DNA of 64,000 nucleotides from Bdellovibrionota bacterium (GCA_044347345.1 JBIKUX010000009.1:1-64000), one strand, 5' to 3'; positions 27,985-39,647 are shown, counted from the stretch's first letter. Notes: generated by a model from the letters alone, not told the origin. A program made the numbers and translations.

Positions 27985-29214
27985 ATGCATGACTTGATAG
28001 AGCGTCGAAACGTAGTACTAGCTGTTACCGGCTCTATCGCTTGCTATAAAGCGGTGGAATTAGCAAGACTGTTTGTCACAAGGGGGTATGTAGTTAGAGT
28101 TATAATGAGTGACGGGGCAAAAGAGTTTGTAACGCCACTTACCTTTCAAAGTATTACAGGTTCAGGTGTTGTCACCTCTTTTTGGGGTTCATCCAGTGAA
28201 CCCGGTGAGTATCATGGAATTGAACATATATCCTTGGCAGATTGGGCAGAGGTTGTTGTTATAGCACCTGCTACAGCTGATTGCATAGCAAAAATTGTAC
28301 ACGGTCATGCGGAAAATCCTTTGCAAGCGACTGTCTTAGCGACAAAAGCACCTGTTGTTGTAGCGCCGGCTATGAATGTTAATATGCTAACGCATCCCGC
28401 TACTTGTGAAAATATTGCAAAATTAAAAGAGCGTGGAGTTATCATTGTTGAGCCTGAAGAAGGTGAACTTGCTTGTGGTTGGGTTGGTAGTGGTAGGTTA
28501 GCTGACCCACAAGAGATATTTTTCGCTGTTAGAAGAGCTCTTAGTGTTGCAGATTACGCAGGTAAGAAAGTGCTTATTTCGACCGGTCCTACACGAGAAG
28601 CAATTGACCCTGTGCGGTTTATATCAAATCGGTCATCTGGGAAAATGGGGGTTGCATTAGCTCACGAGGCTTATCGTCGCGGGGCTGACGTTACCGTAGT
28701 TCATGGACCAATGCGAGCAGTTCTTTCGCAGACAATTCGAGCTGTTCCAATAACTAGTGCTCAGGAGATGGCTGAGGCTATGTTTGAGCGGTGGGAGTCC
28801 GCTGACATCGTGATAATGGTGGCAGCAGTTGCAGATTTTATGCCTGGCCAAATTTGTACTGAGAAAATAAAACGAGCAGATAAGGATAAGATCGGCGAAC
28901 TTACAAAAATTGAGTTAGTAGAAAATATAGATATCTTAGCCACGATTGCTGAAAGACGAGGTAATCGTTTGACTCCAACTTTAGTTGGTTTTGCTGTAGA
29001 AACTGGTGATTTAGACGATATGTTGGATGAGCTAGAACGAAAGCTAAAGCGAAAAGGAGCTGACCTGATTGTTGGTAATTTTGCCGAGGAGGCCTTTGAT
29101 GTTGATACAAATCGCGTCTGGATGGTGAATCGCAATGGTAAGCGTGAGGAAGTAGCGTCTACATTTAAATGGAGAGTCGCAAATCGAATTCTAGATGCAA
29201 CTCTTAAGCTGTAG
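27985..29214 (+). CDS. coaBC: Bifunctional phosphopantothenoylcysteine decarboxylase/ligase
   Basis: TGSIACYK, APAMNVNM, LACGWVGSGRL, GPTREAIDPVRFISNRSSGKMG, AAVADF, VGFAVET. Confidence 0.97.
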   Translation: MHDLIERRNVVLAVTGSIACYKAVELARLFVTRGYVVRVIMSDGAKEFVTPLTFQSITGSGVVTSFWGSSSEPGEYHGIEHISLADWAEVVVIAPATADCIAKIVHGHAENPLQATVLATKAPVVVAPAMNVNMLTHPATCENIAKLKERGVIIVEPEEGELACGWVGSGRLADPQEIFFAVRRALSVADYAGKKVLISTGPTREAIDPVRFISNRSSGKMGVALAHEAYRRGADVTVVHGPMRAVLSQTIRAVPITSAQEMAEAMFERWESADIVIMVAAVADFMPGQICTEKIKRADKDKIGELTKIELVENIDILATIAERRGNRLTPTLVGFAVETGDLDDMLDELERKLKRKGADLIVGNFAEEAFDVDTNRVWMVNRNGKREEVASTFKWRVANRILDATLKL

Positions 29215-29247
29215 TTTTATTTCAGGGGGCATACAAACTAATCATAG

Positions 29248-29715
29248 ATGGATACGTCACTTTCAAGATTACTAAATCGCTTACGACATTCTTATCCAAA
29301 TGGTATTCCAAAGAGTCTAATTGGAGAAAACCGTTTATGTACCACTCAGACTTTAGAGCCTGATTATTCCTCAGTTTTGGCTCTTTTTGTAGGAGAAAAT
29401 TTTTCCAATGAAGACCGAGAGCTTGTTACTCGAGCAATAACCAAGGGATTAAAATGGAATGAATATTCCGTGATGATTAGAGATATAAAAGATCTCGCAG
29501 AAAATTTTGAATCCATCAAGCTTAGGCCTGATATCGCAGTTGTTCAGTGTGGAGAAACACCCTCTTGGTGCCAAACAGTTATTCAAAGCTTTGCTCAACC
29601 GCAAATGATTTTTTCTACCGTTCATCCTAGAGATGCCCGAGAAAATCAATCACAAAAGCGATTATTTTGGAACACAGTTCAGCAGGTAGCGTTGATGGTT
29701 AAGCGGAGCGGTTGA
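29248..29715 (+). CDS. Degenerate family-4 uracil-DNA-glycosylase-like protein
   Basis: LFVGE, ELVTRAITKGL, LRPDIAVVQCG, TVHP...NQSQKRLFW echo UDG4 elements, and udg commonly follows coaBC; catalytic motif and Fe-S cysteines absent. Confidence 0.5.
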   Translation: MDTSLSRLLNRLRHSYPNGIPKSLIGENRLCTTQTLEPDYSSVLALFVGENFSNEDRELVTRAITKGLKWNEYSVMIRDIKDLAENFESIKLRPDIAVVQCGETPSWCQTVIQSFAQPQMIFSTVHPRDARENQSQKRLFWNTVQQVALMVKRSG

Positions 29716-31079
29716 TGTCATTTATGAAATTTATTATCAGGACTATTTTTTTTCTCACACTTCCTATTCTTTTTTGTACTTGGTTTGCTCACGCTGATGA
29801 CTTTACCCAAGATAACAAGTCAGGTGTACTAATAGTACCTATGCAGATGATGATTCTTCCAGGTACATCTAGTTATCTTGAGGAAGCATTGTCTTACGCA
29901 GAGAAAGAAAAATGTTCTCTCGTGATAATTTCGCTTGACACTCCTGGTGGTCTCCTCACAGCTACTCAGGAAATGGTTCAGAGAATGTTTAATTCCCAAG
30001 TTCCGGTGGTTGTCTATATCTCTCCCTCGGGAGGAACGGCTACTTCGGCGGGGGTTTTTATTACTTTAGCCGCTCACGTTGCGGCTGTAGCCCCGGGAAC
30101 AAGCATTGGAGCTGCTCATCCAGTTTCTGCGTCTGGAGATGATATTTCTAGTGACATGAGAGAAAAAGTCTCTCAGATGGCGGCAGCACTCGTTAAGTCT
30201 ATATCCGAAAGAAGAGGGCGTAATACTAAATGGTCTGAAGAAGCTGTATTGAAGAGTAGTTCCATTACCGCCGAAGAAGCCGTAAACAGTAAAGTGGTAG
30301 ATTTTATGGCATCTTCTATAGATGAGCTTCTTACAAAATTAAAGGGAAGAACTGTAAGAGTTATTTCTGCTGATGGCACTGAAAAAGAAGTAGTTCTTGG
30401 TGACATGAGCGACAGTCGTCGCGAGATATTTCCAATATCCTTTAAACATCGCGTTACTAATGTTTTAGCTAATCCTACCTTTTTAGGTGTTTTATGGTTA
30501 TTCGCCACCACTGGTATAGCTGCTGAGCTTTATCATCCAGGTTTAATAATTCCAGGGGTCACGGGTATTATATGTCTTATTTTGGCTTTAGCGATGTCTC
30601 AAGTAATTCCGCTTAATGTAGTTGGGATCGTTCTAATAGTTGTAGGCGGTATTTTATTTGTTGTAGAGCTTTCTATTCCATCGGGGATATTTGGATTAGG
30701 TGGTTTAGTATCAGTGCTACTAGGGTTAATATGGTTAGTTGATATTACCCAAATGCCAGGAGTTCAGGTTTCAATTGCTCCACTGATTCCCCCAATAATT
30801 GGTTTAGCTTTACTGCTAATTCTATTAGGACGAGCAATCAAAGCAACTTTAAAAGCCCCGTTAAAAACTGGTGCTGAGTTTCTACCCGGCCGCCTAGGTC
30901 GCGTAATTGTTCCGATCTCCAGTGAAGTGGAACACAAAGCACCCGTCGGTATGATTGAGGTTGCTGGAGAGCTATGGAAGGCTCGAACTGAAGATGGGTC
31001 ACCACTTCAAAAAGATTCGGAAGTTTTAGTGCTTCGACAGGAAGACGGTCTTATTCTGGTAGTTAGTTCAGTTAAATAA
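29712..31079 (+). CDS. nfeD: NfeD-family membrane-bound serine protease (long form)
   Basis: LDTPGG, VVVYISPSGGTATSAG, GTSIGAAHPV, TM bundle, C-terminal OB fold GELWKA; adjacent to a slipin gene. Confidence 0.93.
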   Translation: MMSFMKFIIRTIFFLTLPILFCTWFAHADDFTQDNKSGVLIVPMQMMILPGTSSYLEEALSYAEKEKCSLVIISLDTPGGLLTATQEMVQRMFNSQVPVVVYISPSGGTATSAGVFITLAAHVAAVAPGTSIGAAHPVSASGDDISSDMREKVSQMAAALVKSISERRGRNTKWSEEAVLKSSSITAEEAVNSKVVDFMASSIDELLTKLKGRTVRVISADGTEKEVVLGDMSDSRREIFPISFKHRVTNVLANPTFLGVLWLFATTGIAAELYHPGLIIPGVTGIICLILALAMSQVIPLNVVGIVLIVVGGILFVVELSIPSGIFGLGGLVSVLLGLIWLVDITQMPGVQVSIAPLIPPIIGLALLLILLGRAIKATLKAPLKTGAEFLPGRLGRVIVPISSEVEHKAPVGMIEVAGELWKARTEDGSPLQKDSEVLVLRQEDGLILVVSSVK

Positions 31080-31110
31080 CATACATTTGTCATGAGTAGG
31101 AGTTAAATAT

Positions 31111-31860
31111 ATGGCGCAAGGAGTGGTAATTTTACTCATCGGGGTAGTAGCTCTACTGGTAAAATCATTTGTAAAAATTAGGGAATATGAAAGAGGGGTA
31201 GTTTTCCGTCTTGGTCGTTTAGCGCCAGTAAGGGCACCAGGTTTACGCCTGATAATTCCATTAGTTGATGAGTTGATGAGAGTTAGTATGCGTACCATTA
31301 CTATGGATGTGCCACCTCAGGATGTTATTACTCGTGATAATATCTCAGTAAAAGTTAATGCTGTTCTCTATTTTCGTGTAGTTGATCCAATTGCAGCAAT
31401 CACTCAGGTTGAGGATTATTTATATGCAACTGGTCAATTTGCTCAAACTACTATCAGGAGTGTCTGCGGAGAAGTTGAACTTGATGACTTACTTTCGCAA
31501 CGAGAAGAGATTAACCTCCGCATTCAAACAATAGTCGATAAACAGACTGACCCATGGGGTATTAAGGTTAATGCTGTTGAGCTCAAGCACATTGATTTAC
31601 CTCAGGAGATGCAACGTGCAATGGCAAAACAGGCTGAAGCAGAGCGGGAGAGACGCGCCCGTATCATTAAGGCCGAGGGTGAATACCAATCAGCTCAAAA
31701 GCTGACAGATGCGGCTGATATAATGTCGACTAACCCTCAAACATTACAGCTTCGTTATTTGGATACTCTAAGAGATATATCTGTCGAGCATAATTCGACT
31801 ATACTATTTCCAATTCCTCTCGAACTTTTTGAAGTCTTTAAGAAAATTAGTGATAAGTAA
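31111..31860 (+). CDS. SPFH/stomatin-like (slipin) protein
   Basis: [50 protein letters not shown]. Confidence 0.95.
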   Translation: MAQGVVILLIGVVALLVKSFVKIREYERGVVFRLGRLAPVRAPGLRLIIPLVDELMRVSMRTITMDVPPQDVITRDNISVKVNAVLYFRVVDPIAAITQVEDYLYATGQFAQTTIRSVCGEVELDDLLSQREEINLRIQTIVDKQTDPWGIKVNAVELKHIDLPQEMQRAMAKQAEAERERRARIIKAEGEYQSAQKLTDAADIMSTNPQTLQLRYLDTLRDISVEHNSTILFPIPLELFEVFKKISDK

Positions 31861-32952
31861 GTGACATCATCAGAGGCGACTACTCCTTATAGTTATATTT
31901 TACCCCGTCATCGAATTGCTCAGCGCCCAGTTTATCCGCCGGATTTGGCTAAACTATTGGTGATAAAAGTAGACCCTAAACGAAACAAATCTGAGTATAC
32001 TTTGAGTGATGCCGTATTTTCTGATTTTCCAACTCTCATCAGAGGTGATGAAATTTTTGTGTTCAACAACTCAAAAGTTATACCTGCTAGATTGTACGGA
32101 AAAGTTAACGATAGTCCGGTAGAAATTTTACTTCTTAAACGAGATGAGACAACGGAGGTAATATCTTCCACCGTAGCAGGTTCAGAGAGATGGTTGGTAA
32201 TAGCTCGTCCAGCAAAGTTACTGCAGCTTGGCTCAGTTTGGACTTCAGAATCAGCCTCATCTTTGCTTAAGGCTACTGTACTAGAAATACGCGCTAATGG
32301 TGAGAGAGTAGTAGAGTTTAGTGTGGAGGGAGACGAAGAGGTCAGTTTGTTGCGACAAAAATTAGGAACTATGCCCATTCCTCCCTATATCCGTAATGGT
32401 CGAGCCGATGATGCAGACCTAACAGATTATCAGAGTTGTTTTGCGAAAATTGAAGGGTCGGTAGCTGCACCTACAGCTTCCTTACATTTTACCGAAAATT
32501 TGGTTGCTAGAATTACGGAGCGTGGTGCTCGGTGTTTATCGATAACTTTGCACGTTGGATTGGGCAGTGTCAGAGACTTGGATAAGGGTGGGGGCAGCTC
32601 TGAGGAATGTTATGTCTCAGATACCATTTGGGAAGAATTACAAGCTCACCGCCTGCATGGAGGACGTGTAGTAGCAGTAGGTACAACGGTAGTGCGAGCT
32701 CTTGAATCTAAAGCCTGCGGAGCAATAACAGAGAAAGATTCGACTAACTTGCTCATCTATCCTGGTCATAATTTTAAAATAGTAGATGAAGTAGTTACTA
32801 ATTTTCATCAACCCGGCACTAGTCATTTACTTCTGGTTGAGGCATTTTTGGGAAGGGAATTACTTGCGGCTTCTTATGACCATGCTTTGTCATCAGATTA
32901 CCGTTTTTTGAGTTATGGGGACGGAATGTATATCACTAGGCTGGATTATTAG
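31861..32952 (+). CDS. queA: S-adenosylmethionine:tRNA ribosyltransferase-isomerase
   Basis: IAQRP, VFNNSKVIPARL, PIPPYI, GSVAAPTASLHFT, AVGTTVVRALES, TNFHQP, YRFLSYGDGM. Confidence 0.95.
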   Translation: MTSSEATTPYSYILPRHRIAQRPVYPPDLAKLLVIKVDPKRNKSEYTLSDAVFSDFPTLIRGDEIFVFNNSKVIPARLYGKVNDSPVEILLLKRDETTEVISSTVAGSERWLVIARPAKLLQLGSVWTSESASSLLKATVLEIRANGERVVEFSVEGDEEVSLLRQKLGTMPIPPYIRNGRADDADLTDYQSCFAKIEGSVAAPTASLHFTENLVARITERGARCLSITLHVGLGSVRDLDKGGGSSEECYVSDTIWEELQAHRLHGGRVVAVGTTVVRALESKACGAITEKDSTNLLIYPGHNFKIVDEVVTNFHQPGTSHLLLVEAFLGRELLAASYDHALSSDYRFLSYGDGMYITRLDY

Positions 32953-32961
32953 GCTGGATAA

Positions 32962-34110
<1,149 letters not shown>

Positions 34111-34113
34111 AAA

Positions 34114-34632
34114 ATGTACGAATATAAGCCTATTTTGCGTCATAAAAAAAAGTTTTTTTTAGGAGACTTCCCGTCTTATGTCTATTTTTTTCTATCAGTC
34201 TTTGGACTAGCTAGTTTTACTAATGAGAGTATTGCAGACCAATCTGTAGTTAAAGTTAGTATTGTGGATCCTCCGAAGGAAGTTGCCAATGGTACAGGTA
34301 TTGGAGTGCAGTTTGTCATTCAAGATGGGTGGCATATCTACGGTAAGGAAGCAGGAGAGCTAGGCCTACCTACTAAGATACTAGTTGAAGGCGGTTCAGT
34401 AGGAGATTATAGTTGGCCACCAACAGAGGTTTTTAAAAACCCTGGAGTTCCAGATTCCTTTGGCTATCACGGTACTGTTGTAGTAGGAGTGGGGATAGAA
34501 GGTGGTGACGAGGTTATAGGGAAAGAAGTTTCTGTTAAAGCAAAATGGTTAGCTTGTAGTAAAGATGCATGTATTCCAAGTAGCACTTCCATAAAAGGCG
34601 TAGTAAAGAAAGTAGAAAATCAATCGCATTAA
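34114..34632 (+). CDS. Stand-alone DsbD N-terminal (thiol:disulfide interchange) domain protein
   Basis: GWHIYGK...GLPT, SWP, and WLACSKDACIP cysteine pair; signal-like segment. Confidence 0.8.
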   Translation: MYEYKPILRHKKKFFLGDFPSYVYFFLSVFGLASFTNESIADQSVVKVSIVDPPKEVANGTGIGVQFVIQDGWHIYGKEAGELGLPTKILVEGGSVGDYSWPPTEVFKNPGVPDSFGYHGTVVVGVGIEGGDEVIGKEVSVKAKWLACSKDACIPSSTSIKGVVKKVENQSH

Positions 34633-34712
34633 GTCACATAACTAAGTAGTTTAAGCAACAATTTATCTACATTCACGATTATCTCTCTTGCGTTTTAAAG
34701 TCGGAGATAATC

Positions 34713-35111
34713 GTGTCAAACAACAATTACCTAATTACAATCAGGTCTAGTAGTGGCTTTACTCTTCTTGAATTGTTAATTGCCTTATCTATCGTTTCAA
34801 TTCTTGTCATGACTGCTATTCCGCAGTATCGCAACTTTCGTGCTAAAGCTTACGACTTCAGAGCTCAAAGTGATCTCCGCACTGTTGCCTTAGGTGAAGA
34901 AGCATATTACTTAGACCGCGAAGAATACCTTGCTTGCTTAAATTCAAGTTGCAATACTTTGCCCGGAGTCGCTCGTATTTCTAAAGGAGTAGAGATAAAG
35001 GTAGTTTTGCGTAACAACGCCTTTTTAGCTGTTGCAAGTCATAAAAATGGTTCAGGTCAGGTTTATTCCTGGGATAGTTCATTCGGAGGTATAGCGGAAA
35101 ATCCTAGTTAA
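34713..35111 (+). CDS. Type IV pilin (prepilin N-methylation motif)
   Basis: GFTLLELLIALSIVSILVMTAIPQY; AQSDLR...EEAYY; Cys pair. Confidence 0.92.
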   Translation: MSNNNYLITIRSSSGFTLLELLIALSIVSILVMTAIPQYRNFRAKAYDFRAQSDLRTVALGEEAYYLDREEYLACLNSSCNTLPGVARISKGVEIKVVLRNNAFLAVASHKNGSGQVYSWDSSFGGIAENPS

Positions 35112-35142
35112 AATGATATTTTTTAAGTTAAGTTTGCTTTGT

Positions 35143-35985
35143 TTAACCCTGACATGCTTGAGCAAAACTGTAAACTTCTTCTGGAATCAGGCTTGCTCCT
35201 CCCACTAAAGCACCAGAAACTCCAAAGGTACTTAGAATGTCTCGAACATTACTACCTTTAACACTACCTCCGTATAAAATAGGAGTGGTATCCACTCCTA
35301 TTTTTTCTTTTAAAAATGCTCTGATGAAAGTATGTGCATCACTTATTTCTTCTAGAGAAGCTACCTTACCAGTACCAATTGCCCATATCGGTTCATAAGC
35401 TATTACCAGTCCGCCCAAGTGAGACTGAATAGACCACTGCTTATCAGGCTCTATACCATCATCATTGAAACTAGTATCGAACAAAGCAGTGCGAAGTTGT
35501 TCTCTGAGTACATGATTAGTCGTACCCTGCACACGATCATCAATACCTTCCCCGACACACAAAATGCATGTTAGCCCCTGTAATAGAGCGGCTCGAACTC
35601 TTCTAGCTACGGTTTCATTTGTCTCGCCAAAATACTGGCGACGCTCCGAGTGCCCAACAATTACAAATGAACAACCAGCTTCCCGGATCATCGGAATAGA
35701 TACCTCTCCAGTAAAAGCTCCCTCTGTCTTCCAGTGAGCATTTTGAGCTCCAAGTGCTACAGAGGACTTCTTGACAACTTCGTAGACACACGAAAGTGAA
35801 GTAAAGGATGGAGCCAACCATAGTGCCCCTGTTGTTAATTCCTTGGAGGCATCAACATAAACTTGAGCAAGCTCTTTAGCGCTACTGCGTGTGAGGTTCA
35901 TTTTCCAATTGCCAACAATCAATGGAGTGGATAGTGGAAGATAGGTTTGGTTAAAAGAAGATGGGGCAGAACAAGTTGAGGACAT
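35143..35985 (-). CDS. tpiA: Triosephosphate isomerase
   Basis: GNWKMN, GAQN, GAFTGEVS, GHSERR, AYEPIWAIGTG, LYGGSV, LVGGAS. Confidence 0.97.
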   Translation of the reverse strand: MSSTCSAPSSFNQTYLPLSTPLIVGNWKMNLTRSSAKELAQVYVDASKELTTGALWLAPSFTSLSCVYEVVKKSSVALGAQNAHWKTEGAFTGEVSIPMIREAGCSFVIVGHSERRQYFGETNETVARRVRAALLQGLTCILCVGEGIDDRVQGTTNHVLREQLRTALFDTSFNDDGIEPDKQWSIQSHLGGLVIAYEPIWAIGTGKVASLEEISDAHTFIRAFLKEKIGVDTTPILYGGSVKGSNVRDILSTFGVSGALVGGASLIPEEVYSFAQACQG

Positions 35986-36027
35986 GATTTACTAAATATT
36001 GATTATTTTTTAAGTAAGTTCATACGT

Positions 36028-36077
36028 GTGGTGAAGAAAATTTAAACCTCTAGAAAAAGTTTAAATTTTATCACCAC
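36028..36077. repeat. Long inverted repeat (stem-loop) between gap and tpiA
   Basis: GTGGTGA-AG-AAAATTTAAAC ... GTTTAAATTTT-A-TCACCAC. Confidence 0.8.
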
Positions 36078-36102
36078 AAGAACAACTCAGGCTCTCTCAG
36101 GA

Positions 36103-37113
36103 TTAACTCATTAGAACTTTGGCCACATCTATCATGCGATGAGAAAAGCCCATTTCGTTATCATACCAAGCTACCACTTTTACTAGTCGTTGTCCTACTA
36201 CCATAGTCGAAAGGGAGTCCACAGTGGATGATTGAGTAACACCAACGTAATCGATAGAGACTAGAGGCTCATCTGAATATCCTAGGATACCTTTGAGAGC
36301 CCCTTCGCTGGCGGCTTTAAGTGCTCTGTTGACATCTTCTATTGTTAGGTCTCTTTCAACTTCACAAACATAATCCACCAAAGATACGTTTGAAGTTGGC
36401 ACTCTAACTGCAAAACCGTCTACTTTGCCTTTTAATGAGGGAATTACTAACCCCAAAGCCTTCGCCGCACCGGTTGTTGTGGGAATCATTGATATGGCTG
36501 CAGCTCGAGCTCGACGCAAATCTTTGTGGGGTAGGTCAAGAATTTGTTGGTCATTTGTGTATGAATGAATGGTTGTCATCAGACCACGCACGGTTCCAAA
36601 ATTCTCTAACAAAACTTTGGCAACTGGAGCCAAGCAATTAGTCGTACACGAGGCACAGCTTACGATATTATGCTCGGAACGGTTGTATGAGGAGTGATTG
36701 ACTCCATATGCAAGGGTGATGTCTGGGTCGGGGGAGGGTGCCGATATTAAAACCTTTTTCGCTCCTGCCGAAAGATGCTGACTAGCTTTATCGCGCCCTG
36801 TGAATACTCCTGTACATTCAAGAACTACATCTATATTTTGGGCACTCCACGGTAGTTTGGAAGGGTCTCTTTCGGAAGTAATGGCTATGTCTTGTTGACC
36901 AACTTTTAAGCGGTTGTCGTTAACTGTGATATCGAGTGGAAGTCTCCCATGCACTGAATCATACTTAAGTAAGTGAGCGAGAGTGCTGGCGTTGGTTAAG
37001 TCGTTAATCCCAACAACTGATATGCCGTTGTTACCGTTATTCTCGGTTAAAATTAACCGAAGAATATTTCTACCAATACGTCCAAATCCGTTGATTGCTA
37101 CTCGTAATGTCAT
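36103..37113 (-). CDS. gap: Type I glyceraldehyde-3-phosphate dehydrogenase
   Basis: INGFGRIGR, ASCTTNCLAP, TTGAAKA, WYDNE. Confidence 0.98.
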   Translation of the reverse strand: MTLRVAINGFGRIGRNILRLILTENNGNNGISVVGINDLTNASTLAHLLKYDSVHGRLPLDITVNDNRLKVGQQDIAITSERDPSKLPWSAQNIDVVLECTGVFTGRDKASQHLSAGAKKVLISAPSPDPDITLAYGVNHSSYNRSEHNIVSCASCTTNCLAPVAKVLLENFGTVRGLMTTIHSYTNDQQILDLPHKDLRRARAAAISMIPTTTGAAKALGLVIPSLKGKVDGFAVRVPTSNVSLVDYVCEVERDLTIEDVNRALKAASEGALKGILGYSDEPLVSIDYVGVTQSSTVDSLSTMVVGQRLVKVVAWYDNEMGFSHRMIDVAKVLMS

Positions 37114-37428
37114 TATTTTGCTCCCGATGCTAATCCTGTACAGATAAAGCTCTTTTTTTTTCCTAACAGTATCATACCCGTGAGTAGTGAAACATCCTTA
37201 ATAGACAAAAAAGAGAAGTGTAAAATTTATTTAATCAATAAAATTTTAATCTAAATATCTTGTAAACCCCTTTATAACTCAGACCTTATCTTACTTTTTG
37301 TAGCTTAAACAGACCTCTCTTGGTAAGCTACCTCTTGTGTGTTCAAATAAACCAGCTAATCTCCTTGCTGATTAAGAGCAAAGCACGCACTTTTACAATT
37401 TACCAGTGGTGATACAAAACAGATTAAT

Positions 37429-38130
37429 ATGGAAAATATAAGTCTCATAGATCTTCTCTTTGGTGGCAGTCTTGTTGTCCAAGCTGTGTTAATTCTACTT
37501 ATTGTACTTTCAGTGTGGAGTTGGGCGATTGTGTTCAGTAAGATTATGCAGCTTCGCAAGGCCAGAGATGAAAGCAACGAATTTCGAGCTCTGTTCTGGG
37601 AGTCTCGCAATCTGGCGCGTCTTGATGATTCTGCCAGAAGGCTCTCGTCAAGCCCCCTGGCACAGCTCTTTGCTTCAGGCTATAGAGAGCTTATGAGAGT
37701 AATCGGAGAGAGGCGCGGTTTAACTCCAAGTCAAGTAGATTTAGCAACTGTTGAAACTGTGCTTCGGCGCACCGAAGTTGACGAATCGCATCGTCTCGAG
37801 AAGGGAATAGTTTTTCTAGCTACAGTGTCGAGTGCTGCGCCATTCATAGGTCTTTTTGGTACAGTTTGGGGAATCATGAATGCGTTTATCGGTTTAAGTG
37901 GCGCTAAATCAACCACAATTCAGGCGGTAGCGCCTGGTATTTCTGAAGCATTAATTGCGACAGCGGTTGGTCTTGCGGCTGCTATTCCAGCCGCCGTTGC
38001 TTATAACTACTTTTCGACACTAGTTCGTCAATTTAGACAATCTATGACAACTTTTTCAGATGAATTTATCAGTGTAGCTCGCCAATCTTTTTCAAGTAGT
38101 GCTTCGACAGCAGTAGGAGGCGAGCGATAA
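37429..38130 (+). CDS. tolQ: Tol-Pal system protein TolQ
   Basis: SVWSWAI, APFIGLFGTVWGIM, VAPGISEALIATAVGL; first gene of the tol-pal cluster. Confidence 0.95.
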   Translation: MENISLIDLLFGGSLVVQAVLILLIVLSVWSWAIVFSKIMQLRKARDESNEFRALFWESRNLARLDDSARRLSSSPLAQLFASGYRELMRVIGERRGLTPSQVDLATVETVLRRTEVDESHRLEKGIVFLATVSSAAPFIGLFGTVWGIMNAFIGLSGAKSTTIQAVAPGISEALIATAVGLAAAIPAAVAYNYFSTLVRQFRQSMTTFSDEFISVARQSFSSSASTAVGGER

Positions 38131-38570
38131 TGGGAGCATCAAGTATAGGAGGAGGAGAAGGAGAGCTTAACGCCTCTATAAACGTTACGCCTTTAGTGGA
38201 CGTTATGTTAGTTTTGCTCGTCATATTTATGGTTACTGCCCCGATGATGCAACAAGGGGTTGATGTTGATTTACCAAAAACGGGCACCTCTACGATGCAA
38301 ACAAAGGAGGACCCCTTAGTTATTTCCGTTAACAAGGAGGGGGAAATTTTTGTTGGTGACGGTAACGGAGTTCTCCTTGAAGAGATTGGTAGCAAGGTTA
38401 AAGCTATTCTCGACACGCAAGGTGATCCTCAGCGTAAAGTTTTTGTTAAAGCCGATGAGGGTATCAACTATGGTCGAGTGATGGAGGTCATGGGAAGCCT
38501 TCATGAAAGCGGTGTCACTCAAGTGGGGTTAGTTACTGAGGCTGCTTCAGCCGTTAAAGGTAAAAAGTAG
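38130..38570 (+). CDS. tolR: Tol-Pal system protein TolR
   Basis: INVTPLVDVMLVLLVIFMVTAPM, VDLP, KADEGINYG. Confidence 0.95.
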   Translation: MGASSIGGGEGELNASINVTPLVDVMLVLLVIFMVTAPMMQQGVDVDLPKTGTSTMQTKEDPLVISVNKEGEIFVGDGNGVLLEEIGSKVKAILDTQGDPQRKVFVKADEGINYGRVMEVMGSLHESGVTQVGLVTEAASAVKGKK

Positions 38571-38624
38571 AGATCCTAAAAGACGAAAATATCAAGCAGA
38601 AGAGAAAACAAGAGATAACAAACT

Positions 38625-39647
38625 GTGACGCGTGGTATACTATCTTCAAGGCGAAGTGACTACACCGCAGAGGGTCTACTAGGCTCTCTCTTTGGTCACT
38701 TAGTATTTTTAGGGGTGCTTTTTTTGGGTGGCTTCCGTGAGAATAACTTCGATGAAGCTCCTGTATACTCGGTTTCTTTAGAGGGTGGAAAAACTCTTGG
38801 AGGAATAAGCCAAGTTGGTGATGGTAAAAAAAGTCCCGTAGCACCTCCTAAAAACGTCGGAGGAAAATCGGCAAAAGAACAGAAAGAAAAAGAGGCTATA
38901 CCGACGGCTTTTCCCACAAAAGCACCAGTAACAGAGTCCAAGCCTACAGTTGCTCCTCCTACAGCCGCAGTAAAAGTAACAGAGCCTCCTAAAGTTAAAG
39001 ACGACAAGAATACTGTTAAAACTGGATCCCTAACCGAGAAAGCCACTCCCAAGCCTACTCCCAGTAAGTCCACTGAGCCCACTCCTAAGGCTACAATACA
39101 GCCTAAACCCTCTGTAAGTGCTTCACCGGCTCCTTCTGTTACCCAAAAAGCTAAACCGACCCCAGAAGAGGATAGCTCTACGACACCTCCACCGAAAAAA
39201 GGTAGTGATGAGACAGGCAAGTCAAAGTCTAATAATCAATCTACTGACCCCAATGATGCTTATCAGAAAGCGATGCAAAGGTACTTAGGTGAATCTACAG
39301 CTGGTCGTGGTCAAGGTTTTGGTGCTGGTAAGCTGGGTGGAAACAGTATGGGAGGAGGCGAGCAGCGTCCACCAGAATTCTTCCGTTACCGAGATCTGTT
39401 AATGCGTGAGGTTAAACAAAATTGGCAGTGGTTTGATAGTCAATCATCTTTGGTAGCTCGGGTAGAGATGAAGATTGCACCTGACGGTCGTATTCTGGCA
39501 GAAAATATTGTGCAGAGTTCTGGAGACAGGTCGTTTGATCTATCAGTTCTTCGAGCTGTTCGTAAGGCTGACCCTCTTCCTCCTCCTCCGGCAAACGTGT
39601 ATCAATATTTTGGCACGGTCACTATTGTATTTGATCCGAACGAATAG
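38625..39647 (+). CDS. tolA: TolA/TonB-like energy transducer with a Pro/Thr/Lys-rich stalk
   Basis: TM with SLFGH (SHLS-like motif), PT/PK-rich linker, C-terminal SSGDRSFDLSVLRAVRKADPLPPPP; lies between tolR and tolB. Confidence 0.85.
   Translation: MTRGILSSRRSDYTAEGLLGSLFGHLVFLGVLFLGGFRENNFDEAPVYSVSLEGGKTLGGISQVGDGKKSPVAPPKNVGGKSAKEQKEKEAIPTAFPTKAPVTESKPTVAPPTAAVKVTEPPKVKDDKNTVKTGSLTEKATPKPTPSKSTEPTPKATIQPKPSVSASPAPSVTQKAKPTPEEDSSTTPPPKKGSDETGKSKSNNQSTDPNDAYQKAMQRYLGESTAGRGQGFGAGKLGGNSMGGGEQRPPEFFRYRDLLMREVKQNWQWFDSQSSLVARVEMKIAPDGRILAENIVQSSGDRSFDLSVLRAVRKADPLPPPPANVYQYFGTVTIVFDPNE

Noticed and set aside
38696..39220. 174-aa antisense ORF and the other short overlapping ORFs in the track
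   Set aside because: They are shadows of well-supported genes; this one mirrors the Pro/Thr/Lys-rich tolA linker and has no independent motif.
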